A DNA stretch of 64,000 bases, from contig NW_026943821.1 in the NCBI RefSeq assembly GCF_035594765.1, positions 13,051,608 to 13,115,607 of the forward strand. Reading direction: 5' to 3'. Origin of the DNA: Anolis carolinensis (lineage: Eukaryota). The position numbers were made by a program, and so were the translations under genes. How positions within the stretch are numbered: the first letter of the stretch is position 1; every line of letters starts with the position of its first letter. Positions 12,059 through 25,981 of this stretch are shown here, piece by piece. The notes below the pieces were generated by a model. The model was given only the letters and a program-made list of their open reading frames with translations. It did not search any database and was not told the DNA's origin.

Positions 12059-15011
12059 AATTCAGTTGGAAACAGTGAATCTATGTATTAATGAAAATTT
12101 TAATTCATTAAACATTTAATAGACATTCAGAAGCTGAAATGCAAGAGTTCTGTTTCTTTCGATTTTGTAAAGTCAAAATATCAATAGTTTTTAAAAAGTG
12201 CAACCCAATATATATCTTCTTAGAAATCATTTCAATGAATTCCTGCCCTTAAAGTTGCTGAGAATGGGGAGCACAGTGTGTATTCCTCTATTCTTTTACC
12301 CTGTGGTTTTCTAACCATTGAGCAATAGGAGGGATGAAATTTAGGTCAGCTCCAAGCCTGCTCTAAATGTTAATCCATCTTGGGGTCACAGTAGAGAGTT
12401 AAGGAGAAGGTTTTGGATCCTGCAGGTGAGGGGACGGTCTGCAAGTGAGACAGTCAGGTAGCCAGTCACTAAACGGAAGTGATTCAGGTGCAGCTTCTCA
12501 GTAGCAGCAGAAGAAAGGAGGGAGCTCAGTGGAGACAAACAGAGGGGTACTTTTATTGCACCCCAAAGCCCAGGGAGTGATTTATCTCTGGGGAAGCCAG
12601 AGGTTTGCTGGCCTAGGAAGCAGGCAAAGACACAGAGTGCCCCTAAGAGAGGTGAGATCATGCCAGAGGGAGTCTAGACACTATTTTATGACCCTGTTCT
12701 TTGTGGTTTTTATTCTTATTTCTTTTCTCACCCCGAGTTTTAACTTAGTGTTCATGTGGCCCGCCCTTGTTTTTATTGTTCTGCTGATTTTGCGTTGTAA
12801 TGTATATTATCATTTATTGTATTGTTCAATATGTTATGATTTGTTGTTCTTTTTATATTCCGTTATATTGTATTGTTCTGGGCATGGCCCCATGTAAGCC
12901 GCCCCGAGTCCCCATTGGGGAGATGGTGGCGGGGTATAAATAAAGTTTATTATTATTATTATTAGACACTAGAGGTGTGGAAAATGGCAAAAATCTGTTT
13001 TGATTTTGTTACAAAATTTGGATCCCCCCTCCCCCTGAGTTTAATTTTGGGAAGATTGGGGGGGGGGGGCGTATGGATTCACAATTCAAAATCAGAAGTT
13101 ATTGTTTCGGTAAGATTCGATCCATTAGCGCTAATGGATAAACTTGTGAGGCTAGTTTCTCCATCATTTTTATGGCTATTGGGATGAAACTTGACAAGCT
13201 AACTCCTTAGCCTCTCACATTTGCTTGTGTGAACACACATGCAAAATTTCTCTGAGGCATTCAGATCCATACCTGGCTAGGCTACAACTGCTACCTGACT
13301 CTACTTTCTTGTCCAGGGAGCTTTTTTTGTCTTAGATATATCCAATTTCTTGCCCCTTGCCCTGCCTGAAGATCAAGCTCGATCCTGGATCCTGGATTTG
13401 GGATTAATGTCACAGGGCTGGGCAACACTTACCTGTCCTGGCTGATTTTACACTGCTATTGTGCCGTCACACCCAGGCACCTTTAGTAAATTAAGATGTG
13501 CTCCTTTCTTTGCCGGGTGAACTACAGGGGCCTTACTTTGAAGCTCAGGAGTCCCAGCAACTAAGGCCACTTCAAATCGAACATCAAACAAGAATTTTTA
13601 TTTTCTCAAAGTTCTTAACAGGCTTGGCACAAGTTGTTGGGGTTACAAATACAAACAGTCAACTTATAAAATCATGCAGATGTTCCTTTTGTTTTTCCTT
13701 TTAGCTGCTGGGTTAACTTCCTCCAAAGGTGAAGAGATCCTGGGATGCTCTTTACCCTAACCTTGTGTTGCTTTATCAGAAAGAGCTGGTCTTTCCCTAT
13801 CTAAACTCAAAATTAGCTTGGAGACGAAGAGGTTAGAGCTTCTTCCAATGGCAGAAAAATCCTGGGATACTTTCTACCCTAGTGCTGAGTTACTATTTTT
13901 AGAAAGAGCAGTTCTTTCTCTATCTAAACTCAAAACCAGTTTTAAAGGCAAGAGGTTAGTACTTACGATGGCTTGTCTGAGCTGGCCTGGCTTGACCACA
14001 CAAGCACATCTGAGTTCTTTTTCTCTTCTGTAAAAAGGCAAAAAGGGCTTCTCAAAATGGAGATTTCATCTCCAGGAAAAAGGGGCGGTCTCAAGAACAA
14101 AAGGATACTTTTGCAAGCCGAAAGCGGCAAATGCTTTGCAGGCTGGTTACAAACCTCTGTTAATAATTAACTATCAGGGTGCTGTTGAACCTGTAGCAAC
14201 CCTGGAAGAAATACAAAAAAAAGGGGGGTGCTGTTTCCTACAACTATGAGACAATGCAAATGAAAGCCCTGAGAGATGGAACAGCTATCCTTACAGTGCA
14301 ATATAGAACTGGCATAATTGTAGCAACTCAATTGATGACTCCTGGACGAAGTATAACCGTTTTAACAGTTTTATGGCATTTATATGTTCTATTTGTTTTA
14401 TGTAAGTGATATATTGTATTTTACTTGTTATATAAATGGCATTTAATATTGCCATACTGTAAGCCACTCAGAGTCCCCTTCGAGGTGAGAAGAGCGGGAT
14501 ATAAATATAGTAAATAAATAAATATTGAGCTCCATTCCTTAACCCCACAGCTGGATTTGCTGTGATAGTAGCAAAAATGTCACTATTGTACATGTGGACA
14601 TATTAGGCCTGTACGTCTTGAATTTGAAATTACTTGTCCTTACCACAACCAGAAGTGCAACACTCCTTAAAATCAATTTAACCCCTCCCCATCTATACCC
14701 AATATTTCACATGCAGTGTAAGAATGCGGTAAAGGTAGAAAAATGTATTAATGAGAAAGAAAAGTCTGACTAGGAGAGGCTACAGCAGTTTGCTGTTGCC
14801 TCAGCTTCCAGGTATGTGTTGTTCTACCCCTCCTTTCCTCTGTCCTCATGACTATTTCTGCACTTTTTTCTCAGTTTTCCGCAAATGAAGTAAATTGAGT
14901 AAAGACTAGGAAAGTAGAATGGCCCTCTGGCATCTGTTAAGCATCCCCCATCCAAATAAATAATAGTTTTGAGTTCTTATTTCTTCATAAAACATCTACC
15001 ATATTCCTTAC

Positions 15012-15073
15012 CAGCCCTCTTTGGTTGTGAAATATTGCAACCCATGTCGGCTGTTCTGGAGGACTCCGGTGAT
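15012..15073 (-). CDS. IRG gene 2 micro-exon encoding MGCNISQPKRA (ATG at 15045)
   Basis: Acceptor ttcttctttag| before 15073, ATG in gacATGG context, donor GCTG|gtaagg at 15012/15011. Phase-1 end joins the phase-1 acceptor at 10993 in frame (G+AA = Glu). Confidence 0.75.
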
Positions 15074-15223
15074 CTAAAGAAGAACAGAAAAACTCTGGTG
15101 GTTAAACATATCCCACAAAAGGTTCAGATGGCATTTCAGCCAATAACTGCTTTCTGGAGCATTTATGATCATTTATCACCAACATTTATGACTGGAAATT
15201 TATTTATTACTAACATGTAATCA

Positions 15224-15486
15224 ACAGTTTGAATCCGGAGAGCGGGGTGAGCTCCCACTGTTAGCCCCAGCTTCTGCCAACCTAGCAGATTGAAAACATG
15301 CAAGTGTGGGTAGATCAATAGGTACCGCTCCGGCAGGAAGGTAATGACACTCCATGCATTCATGCCGCCTATGTGACCTTGAAGGTGTCTATGGACAACG
15401 CCGGCTCTTCTGCTTAGAAATGGAGATGAGCACACACACCCAGGATCAGACATGACTGGACTTAATGTCAGGGAAAAACATTTACC
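15224..15486 (+). mobile_element. Sauria SINE, 5'-truncated
   Basis: Matches body and tail of 804-1133. Confidence 0.8.
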
Positions 15487-16611
15487 TAACATATAGGTTA
15501 CTCCCAATGTCTATAATGCTTACTGGGGATAGATAAGAAATTAGCTTTTTCCTTTGTCCAAAAAGCAGCTTTACAGCCCTGGAGCTGTGCATCCAGGCCA
15601 GCGGGAGTGAAGAAGAAGAAACATTTTAACCTGCTGTTTCCCACAGCATCAGAGCTAGACCAGGAGCTGCAAGACCAGGGGCTCTTTCATATTCCACAGT
15701 TATAGTACTATACTTCATACACAGACATAGACATTAGAGGTGTGTGAAACAGCTGAAATCCAATTAGTAATTTGTTTCAGAGATTCGGATGGCCCCCTCT
15801 TCGATTATTAAAAATTTGGAGGGGTCCTGTTCCGATTCATAATCTGAATCTCCGAAGCTTCGTAATTACTTTGTTAAAACTAGTTCCATGAGCGGCAATG
15901 AGGGAAATTGCGAAGCTTGTTTCTCTGTCATTTTTATGGCTATCAGGATGGAACTTGGCACAAACTAGGCAACATTTATGACTTTAAGCTTACCAAGTTT
16001 CATAGCATTTTGGTCATCTACTAATTTTTAAGAAAATGTTTAAGTTTTTACAATTTAAAAAAATACAAAGGTATCATCTTTAATTTCTTTCACAATGAGA
16101 CAATGCAAGCAGGGCATCAATCCTGGAAAGTTTCAGAAACATTCCTTCATCTATTGACTTCTAGGAATTTTAACAGTTTTTTCAGCTACAAGGAGTATCC
16201 ACTCAAATTGTGGCACAGTGAGATACATGAGCATGGCAGCAAGCCTGCCAAGTTTCAGAACAATCAGTCTATCCACTCACTCTCTACTCACTCTAGGAAG
16301 TGAGAGCTACCACCAGCAGTGCTGGCTTAGCACCGAATCAACAGATCTTTTACAAATTTCTCCAAAAAGTTTTGGAGGATCCTGTTTTGATTCATAAATG
16401 CTTTGGAGGGGTCCTTTTCCATTAGGAATTCGGAGATTCATAGTCCCGAATCGTACAAATCTCCGAATTATGAAACAGAGCTCGGAAGCTTTGCACACAG
16501 ACAAAAATGACTGCATTCTATTGTTATACATTATGCTTCATAAATATGATTTCTAATCAAGCAATTAAGCACGAAGCTGTCTTTTGCCAAAGTCTAAAAA
16601 TTGTAAGAGGC

Positions 16612-16667
<56 letters not shown>

Positions 16668-18225
16668 TAATAATCCTTTATTTTTAACTCACCCTCTCTC
16701 CCCAAAAGAACTCAGGGCGGCTTTCAAAAACAAGAACGGCACACATTCAATGCCATGTGCTATGGTAGAAAAATAGAAATAAAACAGAGATAGGAACTGT
16801 CCCAATAAATGATCCCTCTGTTTTATAAGGAGATAGAAAGTGGAAAGGAGCAGAGCAGAGCAGAGCAGAGCAGAAGAAAGAATGATTAAAGAAGCAAGAG
16901 GGGTGGAGAAGATAACCTCCTCCCCCAAACCATCCTACCCCCACCCCCTGGTTTTAGAGAGAGAGAGAGAGAGAGAGAGAGCGCACAGAGAGGAGTGGAA
17001 GGAAAGGAAAAGAGAATTAAGAAGCAAGAGCGGGTGGAGAGAATTATCTCTGTTTTGGGGGAGATAGAGAGAGGAAAGGAATGGAAAGGAGAGTTAAGGA
17101 GCAAGAAGAGGGTGATGACACCAGTAGTCTGAAGTTTTGAGTGGGAGCCAGGTAAACAACCTTGGGGGGCTGGTTCCATCCGGTGGGAACCCCTGCTGTA
17201 TACTAATGCTAATGTGTCAAGTTTTGCTAACCTGTATATATCTTTTTTTGGTCACTGAGGAAGTTAGTGCAATCAGCCATCTGTGTTCACAGAGTCTGCA
17301 TTACTTCAACCATCGTCAGCTTGTGTATACTTTAAAAAAAATCCTAAAAGCAAACCTAGACATTGCCAATTTATATATGGGACACAAGTTCACCAAACCA
17401 AACTCAACAAGACCTACTATATTCCCAGGTTCCTTCTCTGCACAGTCTCCAACCTATCCACCACGCGATCTGCTATTGACCCATAGTTAGGTTCTCATAA
17501 ACCTTCTTCTCAGAGCCTGATAAATTGGCAAAAACAAAGATGTTCCTTATGGTTCAAATGTTCCTTACAGCTCATGATCTTGTCGTTCCATTTGTATAAG
17601 AAATAAATCCAATTCAAACAAGTAAATTCTATTTGTATTACTTTCTGAAAGCAACACACTTTTACATATCAGGCTCAGCACTTCTATGCCAAACCCTTCT
17701 CTGCCCCATCATCATTTTCACTCTTTCTCGTCCTCTGCTCATGAGATAGACTGGCACCCCAACACAAGTGTCAACCTAAATTGAAGGTGGTGGTGGGGAG
17801 CCAAAGGAAACAACAGGGAAGAAGATACATCAGTGGGGAATGGGAGAGGATTGTGACAGGATGATGTGCAATGGAATATGGAGAAGGCAGAAACAAAGGG
17901 GTTTTCAAGTCTGGATTAGGCTTCCGTGGAAAGGTAAGCAGGGGGGCAAGACAGGAGTTTCAAATCTGGGGATTGCTTCAATGGGAAGGTAGGGAAAGGA
18001 GTAAGGGACTGGTGTTGTTGGAAAGACTGCAGTGAAGAGCTGGACAGCAGACAGATTGAGGTGAGAAGGTAGAGCTAATTAAACAATTGCTACAAAATAA
18101 GTGATCTGTAAATATTGGTGGCCTGAGTGTACTCTGAAAAGCGCAGAAGTGATGATAGAATTGTTTAATTCTGTACTGGGGTGGAGTAGGAGCACAGACA
18201 TTCAGGAAAAGAAGTGGAGAAAACT

Positions 18226-18286
<61 letters not shown>

Positions 18287-18744
18287 TATTTTTCTATCCT
18301 GCCACCATCTCCCCGAAGGGACTCGGGCCGGCTAACATGGGGCCAAGCCCAAAACAGAACCAAAAAAGAACAATTACAACAAGTATCTAGAGCTAAAAAC
18401 AATGATACAATAATAAAATAAAATAAAATAAGCAGTTAAAACATAACTCAACATACAACATACAATAAAACACATAATAACCAAACAAAATGGGGTAGAT
18501 ACAAACATCAGCCACTAAAGATAAAAAGAGGTTGGGCATATAAAAATACACGATTTCAAAGCTTTTTAATAAAGTGCATGATCAAGTGTCAGAGAGTCAA
18601 CTGGTATAATATTTGATAGGGTAAAGTAGGAAGGGAATAAAGTGCTAAGAAGCAATGTATTGGTGATCGGGTCTATCATGTTGGTGGCTATTCAAACGCA
18701 CACTGAAAGAGTTGGAGCTTAAACCAAAAGGGAGAACGACTTAC

Positions 18745-18960
18745 CTTTTGGAAGAGCAGAAGAAACAGTAGTCCTGTTTAATTTCAATGTGTTTGTGAAC
18801 TTGTTAGGATGGCTTTCCTTTCCTGCACTTATAAACTCTTTGCTGCTATCTTTTGATCTGATGAAAGTCCACTTGTTTGCTTGATTTTGTAGGCTATATA
18901 TCAACATTGGTATTGCCCGCCCATCAAGGAAGGGAAGGGAGGGAATTTCCTGATAGGGAA
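18745..18960 (-). promoter_or_regulatory. Probable promoter and non-coding exon 1 of IRG gene 2
   Basis: Donor AAG|gtaagt at 18745/18744, TATA-like TATATA ~18895-18901, GC box GCCCGCCC 18915-18922, consensus NF-kB GGGAATTTCC 18941-18950. Confidence 0.6.
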
Positions 18961-20809
18961 AACTACCCTAAAATCAAACAGGAAACAAAAGCTGAGTATT
19001 CAGCTCTTTAGCCAGCGGAACGCGATGTGCAGTGGGATTAGGCTGTAAGGAATTCAGAGCTCAGGCAGGCAAAGATGCAGAGTCCAATCTTTAAAAATCC
19101 AATCTTTAAAAATCACAAAAGGTTTATTTACAATAATAAAGAATAACTGCCTTTCTTGATAATCAAAGAATTGGGTCTGAGCTACTCTATCACCCATCTC
19201 TTCCAAGGTTTCAAAGAGAGGGAAAAACACCAAGCACTATATCTCTCTGTCACATACACAGAGAGAGATCTCACAGCACACAGCTCATACTCTTACAAAG
19301 ATGTAAAAAGTGAAAGTAAAGCTTTCAGTAGAAAAGTACCCATTTTACACAACCAATCAGAATGAGAGTAAGAACAGAGAGGAGAGAAGAAATAGATACA
19401 TTCCCAACTGTCATATAGGAGACATGGGGGAAGGGAAAACCTTAGCCTTTTCTAAGCTATTTTATTTTATTTCTCATGTCAGAAGCGAACTGAGGGTACA
19501 AGTTGTAATGGATTTGCAAACATAAGCTAGCTAAACTATGTTCCCCATTGAGGACTTGAGACTTGAACAGTGTGGGGGTGAACTCCCAACATTTACAACA
19601 CACCTCAGTCATGTCAGGAGGAAAGAAGTTTTGTTGAACATCAGCATCCACCCCCTCCCCCCAAGCAGTTGGAGGAGCTATATACTTATCTACCTCCACT
19701 AAGAACAAGGAAATTATCTCTTGGATAACAAAAAAGAAAGTTTAATGCCCACGGATAAAGAGAGCAATACCTCCATCTGATTTCTTTTCCAATATGCAGC
19801 ACCAATTGAACTTGGAGGAAAAATGGGGACTGTTCTATTATTCTGGCAGACTCCAAAAGGGGACCTAGGCAAAGAAGGCTAGTCCATTTTATGGGAGGGG
19901 GTTAAAGTGAAGGGGCAAGGTTGTAAAAGATGTAAAAATACTCCTCTTAATCCAAAGTCAAAAGCAGGAGGCCCCTTTTCTGTGAAGAGGGCGAGGAAAA
20001 ACACCACAAAAGCTGGATCTTCAAACTGCAAAATAACTATTTATTACGTGGCCATAGCAATGAGACAAAAACATGCATACATGCAATCAAAGGATTTGTC
20101 CCAATTTCCAAAATGGTTGCAAGGTTTTTATCACCACACAGAAGTTATCAAGCATATCCTTATTGGCTTACAAAGATCATTTACCCCATTTGTCTAATGT
20201 TGTCTACGTCACAAGCATCTTGACCATCATGCAATCCCATTGGTTTTCTATGCTGTAACAACATGTAATTCTTTAGACAATAGTGCTTTCATATTACTGG
20301 GAACCGGTTCTGACTTGATGTATTGTTATTATTTGAAAGTAACTTCTTTTCTCTGGGACAACTCTTTTCCCAAACATCAGCATTTTCTCTCAAGTGCAGG
20401 CCTTCCTCAAACATAGGCCTTTTGCAACTTAGGTCAATCAAAACTTATGGGACTTATAGCCATTACAAGTATCTTTGAAAATTCTTTTTAAACGCACGTC
20501 CCTCTCAAAAGGAGGAAAACCATCTTCCCCGTTTTTGCTGGTTATTCCCCCAAACCTGTCACTTCCCATGTCATAAAGAACGTTTGTTTGGACAACATAG
20601 GTGGGGAGAATAACCAGAAAACAGAGGGAAATGATTTTATTCCTTCAACCTACCTACCCCGTAAAATAGACTATCCTCTGTCTTGTGCCTCCTTTTGGCC
20701 TCCGCCCAGATAATGGAACAGTACCAAAAATTGCTTGTCACATGGGGTTGTGTTGCATTTTTTCAGATTCCTTTCAATAAGACATTAAAGTCTTTAAAAG
20801 GCAGGACCC

Positions 20810-21703
20810 TGTAACACTCCTGGGCGGCACAAACACTGGGAACCAACACAGAAGCCAATAACAATATAATATCTTTATTAAAGCAAATAAAGTTCCAAAT
20901 GGAAATAAGCAGCAAAGTAAAAGTATCAATTGACCTTCCAGAAAAGATCAATTTTAGTCCAATAAAACAAAGTCTTATGTCCAGTATTAGAGTTCAAAAT
21001 CCAAAAACCGAAACACACTCAAACTCCGTCTGAGTTTTGAGTAGGGAAAGGAGCAGGGAGCAAGAAAAGTCCTTTAGAATAAATGTCCAAATCCGGATTG
21101 CAGGGCATGGCAAAACTAGATGTTCAGGAGCTGAAACGCAGTCCCAACGTGGCAAGAAGGTAAACCAACACCAGGTCTACTCCAAAGTAAGCATACCGTC
21201 AGGCCGCTTGGAAATCAGGAACAAGAGACAACAATGCTTCCCAGTCAGAAATTAAGTTGACACCGCACAGAATATTCTCAGCGCAAAACTTTTAATGAAG
21301 TTCATAGCTCCCCCAAACAGGTGCTTGACTCCCCAATACTTCCCAAGAAAACTGAAATGCCAAAACATCACGCCAGGTGCCTGCCTCCCTAATTCTTCCC
21401 AAGAGAACTGGGTTTAGCCACAATCGCCTCGCTCTGCTAATCTGACACTTCTTCTTAAACTTTGCCTTTGAGAGCGGTCTGTTTTCAGAAAAGCCCTTTG
21501 ACCAAACAGTAATTCCTCCAGAGATCCGGAGAGAGCCAGCACCATCTCAAGGGCATCCTTAATTGGCTCTGGCACAGAAATGTCAACAGGAGACATCTGG
21601 AAAGGAATTGAATCTTGCTCACTTGGGGAAAAAACCCAAATCCTCCTCAGTTTGGTCAGCAATGGCTACGGGGTCAGGGGCCAAAGGTGCCTGAGACATC
21701 ACA
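20810..21703 (-). mobile_element. Solo LTR
   Basis: TGT...ACA termini with 5-bp TSD GACCC on both sides; similar organisation to 57576-58449. Confidence 0.8.
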
Positions 21704-22502
21704 GACCCTTGATTGGAGATCAGTCAGTTCTTTGGTGGAGCCTCCGGTGGCCTAGGGGATAAAAGCCTTGTGACTTGAAGGTTGGGTTCCTGACCTGAAG
21801 GCTGCCAGGTTCGAATCCCACCCGGGGAGAGCGCGTATGAGCTCCCTCTATCAGCTCCAGTTCCATGCGGGGACACGAGAGAAGCCTCCCATAAGGATGG
21901 TAAAACATCAAAACATCCGGGCGTCCCCTGGGCAACGTCCTTGCAGATGGCCAATTCTCTCACTCCAGAAGCAACTCAGGTTGCTCCTGACACTAAAAAA
22001 AAAGTTTTTTGGTCCTTCAGGTATTTTATCTTCAACACCCATGTGTTCCCCTCCTCTCCCCGGTTCGGCTAATGGCCAGGGATTTTATCACCCAAAGTCC
22101 AAAACATCTGAAGGACAAAAGTTTGGGAGTTGTTATTTGAAAGCGCTCAACTACAGCTCCACTAACAGAAGTTTCTACTGTGTTGGTCTTTGGGAACTAA
22201 ACTCTGTATTTCTTGTAGTTTCTGGCTACTGGGAATGCAGCACAGTTCAAATGGGGCTTATCAATTTCAGATTGAACAGATAACCTAATCTGTTTATTAG
22301 GTATGCCATGTTGTTTATTACTCATTTATTATGGTGCTATTATTTATTTATTTACAGCATTCTCACCCCGAAGGGGACTCAGGGCGGATCACATTACACA
22401 GATAGGCAAACATTCAATGCCTTTTAACACAGAACAAAGACAAGACAAATATAGGCTCAGAGCTTACTGCAACTCCACTTACTGCAAACACCTCATTTAG
22501 GA

Positions 22503-22514
22503 GAAAACGAAACC
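22503..22514. promoter_or_regulatory. ISRE/IRF element, paralogous to 6880-6891
   Basis: GAAAACGAAACC in the shared context ATTTAGGAGAAA(A/G)CGAAACCTAACTCA. Confidence 0.6.
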
Positions 22515-22983
22515 TAACTCATCGTTTATTTTAAATCAGTTATTTGACCAACATTATGAGGTGGGAGAGAGAGGTCAGGAAGAGAAAGTTGGGCTGCCTC
22601 CAATTTCCCGTTAAGGAGTACAATGCTGAATCAGAAAAATGGTTTACCTGAATTCTCGTATACTTCTCCAGACTGTACCAAAGTCTTCGCTTCTTGGGAT
22701 TCCTCTGGGTATCTGCAATTTTCAGGAAACCAACATTATGCGTCTATGTTTGAATATCTCTTTCCTTTTCTTCATCTGTATTTGTCACAGTTTTGATATC
22801 ATACATTTTTATTAATTTTCAGTTTGTACAATACAAAAATGTCAAAAATACTTCAATCCTTCAAACTAAGGAAAGAATAGGAGAAAAAGAAAATTACAAT
22901 AAGGGAAGAGAAAATATATGAAAACATATATACTAATGCCTAAATACATCAAAATACATTTGAAACCATTCTACATACCTATT

Positions 22984-23308
22984 AAGGTAAAGGTTTCCCC
23001 TGACGTTAAGTCCAGTCGTGACCGACTCTGGGGGTTGGTGCTCATCTCCATTTCTAAGCCGAAAAGCCGGCGTTGTCCGTAGACACCTCCAAGGTCATGT
23101 GGCCGGCATGACTGCATGGAGCGCCGTTACCTTCCCGCCGGAGCGGTACCTATTGATCTACTCACATTGGCATGTTTTCGAATTGCTAGTTTGGCAGAAG
23201 CTGGAGCAACAGCGGGCGCTCACTCCGCTCCCGGGATTTGAACCTGGGACCTTTCGGTCTGCAAGTTCAGCAGCTCAGTGCTTTAACACACTTCGCCACC
23301 GGGGCTCC
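22984..23308 (-). mobile_element. Sauria SINE, young full-length copy
   Basis: 13-bp TSD TCTACATACCTAT; CpG-rich, close to the other copies. Confidence 0.9.
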
Positions 23309-24886
23309 TCTACATACCTATGTATAAGTCTAAACCTTTTAGTCAAGAAATTAACCTCAAAAACCAGCCTTAATTTATCCACGGGACAATATGAGTACTA
23401 TACTTTAACTTTTTTTAAAAAAAAGGAACCAATCTCTTTAAAAAAAACTAACTGCTTCACCATTCTAGACCTTCTCCTGTCTAACTGGGAAGGAGGTCTA
23501 AAACAGTCAGCTGTTGTCAGTGGGCCAGTTCTTGCAAAGTGATGTCGATGGTGCTAGCAAGGATTTACTTGGAGAAGAGACACAGTAAGGAGACAAAGGT
23601 CTGGTAAGATGGTGCACAGCCATAACAAGTTCATGACTTCCATCTAAATGGAGAAATGCAGTTCTGGGGAAATTAAGAAAAGGAAACAATCGCAGGGAAG
23701 TGGAATTCTGGTATTACAGTATTTAAGAAAATTCAATATGGCAGCAACATCCAAAGGGAAGCAGTAAATGTCAATAAATGGAATACATACGTATATGTGT
23801 AGAACCCCACACCTTTTAAATTCACTTCTGGCAACAAACCCCACAATCTCTTTATCCACTTCTTTCAATAGGAAACCCTTCAATACAAACTCCACCATCT
23901 GTTAACAGAACACAAGCTGCCAATGATATATAGACAGGTGTACCATCATGCATCAGAAACCTTGCCTCTGATGCACACTGAGAAATAACGCATGAATAGA
24001 GTCGATTGTTTCCCCATTTTAGAAAAGGTGTTTGTTGGTGGATCCTTTGCCTACAGGTGCCTATGGATTACTTATGAAAAGGACTATGTGCATTGTGGTA
24101 GTACCCATAGGAACCAGTAGTAACGGGCATCAGAGGCAGAGTATATGACTGTGTGATAAATATTACCTATTCTGATTAGTTTTGATTAAAGAGAAAGTAA
24201 TGTGTTTCTATTTACAAACTGTAAGTATAGAGCTAATATAGAGCTGTGGTCCTTGAAAATGTCACTCATAACTTTCCTAATTCTGAACACTGGGCTGAAA
24301 AGGATAGCGAGGGGAAAGATGCAAAAGAAGAAATTGCATACATTGGTTCTATAGGCAATAGGGATAATTTGGGCTTTGAAGGCTGAAGTAAGTAAAAAAA
24401 AACTTTATTTATATACCGCCCTCTCTCCCCAAATGGACTCAGGGTGGTTTACAAGCATAAAAATAGCAACATGCATTACATAAGTAGCACCATACAAACA
24501 TTATTAAAACAAAATTAAAAACCTATACAACTAGTAAAACAGTGAAGACCATAAGAAACAATCACAACAACCCGGAGGAACAAGAATATATAATCAGATG
24601 GGTTGACATGGTCCGTTATTAGGGATAGATTATCCTTGTACAGCATGTTTCAGGGCCAGGGGTTGGTGGTACACCAGAGAAGATTATTCAAAGACCCGCC
24701 GAAACCACCAGGTTTTCAACTCCTTGCGAATGGAGGACAGAGTAGGGGCTTGACTAATCTCCTTTGGCAGGATATTCCAGAGCCTGGGGGGGGGGGGGGG
24801 CAAGGGAAGAAAGTGGCAATGTATTACTAAAGCCTGAGCCAAAGACATGGGTCTGACCATGTATTACTACCTGAGCCAAAGCACCC

Positions 24887-25499
24887 CTGACCATCCAGCC
24901 TCTGTTTAAAAGTCTCCAAAAAAGGAGCCTCCACCACACTCCAAGGCAGAGAGTTCCACTGCTGAACAGCTCTCACAGTTAAGAAGTTCTTCCTAATGTT
25001 CAGGTGGAATCTCGTTTCTTGAAGTTTGAAGCCATTGATCCACGTCCTAGTCTCCAGGGCAGCAGAAAACAAGCTTGCTCCCTCCTCCCTATGACATCTC
25101 CTCACATCATGATATATGGCCCTCATCATGTTTCCTCCCAGCCTTCTCTTCTGCAGGCTAAAACATGCCCATCTCTTTAAGCCGCTCCTCATAGGGCTTG
25201 TTCTCCAGACCCTTGATCATTTTAGTCACCCTACTGTGGACACATTCCAGCTTGTCCGCATCTCCTTTCAATTGTGGTGCCCAGAACTGGACAGGGTGTG
25301 ATTCCAGGTGTGGTCTGACCAAGGCAGAATAGAGAGGTAGCATGACTTCCCTGGATCTAGACACTAGACTCCTATTGATGCAGGCCAATTGATGCATTTT
25401 TTAGCCACTGCATCACATTCTTGGCTCATGTTCACCTTCCTCCCCACGAGGACCCCAAGATCTTTTTCACATGTACTGCTGTCGAGCCAGGCATCCCCC
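24887..25499 (-). mobile_element. CR1 LINE 3' fragment
   Basis: [17 protein letters not shown] and RKNFLTVRAVQQWNSLP..EAP..FKQRLD are CR1 ORF2 C-terminal motifs. Confidence 0.85.
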
Positions 25500-25815
25500 A
25501 AATGCTTCTCTTTCCTACCTATCAAAAGGCAAGGTTAGAAAATACCTCCAGTTAACCTTGAGAAAATTAACAAACATATTCAGCCTTTAAAAAAAAGATG
25601 GCTAGGGATTTCTTTTCTTGATCAAAATGGTCATTTTGTCCATCTCGACCAACTAAAGATATTTTCACCAACAATCCTTTTTTTTGTTGGCACAGTTTGA
25701 TCTTTGCCCATCTCTGGATATAGATCATTTTCTCAATAGCCTGAAAATTTGGATCTTTGCAACTCACAAAACCTTTAGCTTCCTTTGTCAGTGACTGCTC
25801 AAGTTGCTCAAGTTA

Positions 25816-25981
25816 GGGACTTCCCACAAGAGCCAAGTTATGTGCCGGTGCTTTAACTTTCACTTTCATTCAGGCAAAGCTGATTGTAGAAAAGCCACAC
25901 ACAACGAGAGAGGAACAGAAAGAGAACACAGAAAAACTCAAGAAGAAATAGTTCAGCTTCTTAGCATTCCCTCAGCCGCAG
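25816..25981 (+). promoter_or_regulatory. NF-kB + IRF/ISRE promoter and non-coding exon 1 of IRG gene 3
   Basis: GGGACTTCCC at 25816-25825; AACTTTCACTTTCA (reverse TGAAAGTGAAAGTT) at 25855-25868; donor CAG|gtaaaa at 25981/25982, about 2 kb upstream of the acceptor at 28047. Confidence 0.65.

Noticed and set aside
13433-13480. 48-bp cassette coding exon for IRG gene 2
   Set aside because: In-frame TGA in the required phase and a weak acceptor; only the donor is kept as a possible alternative first-exon end.
19044-20750. Possible ERV LTR plus internal remnant
   Set aside because: TG..CA-like ends are visible but there is no TSD or recognisable gag/pol/env motif; cannot be supported without a library search.
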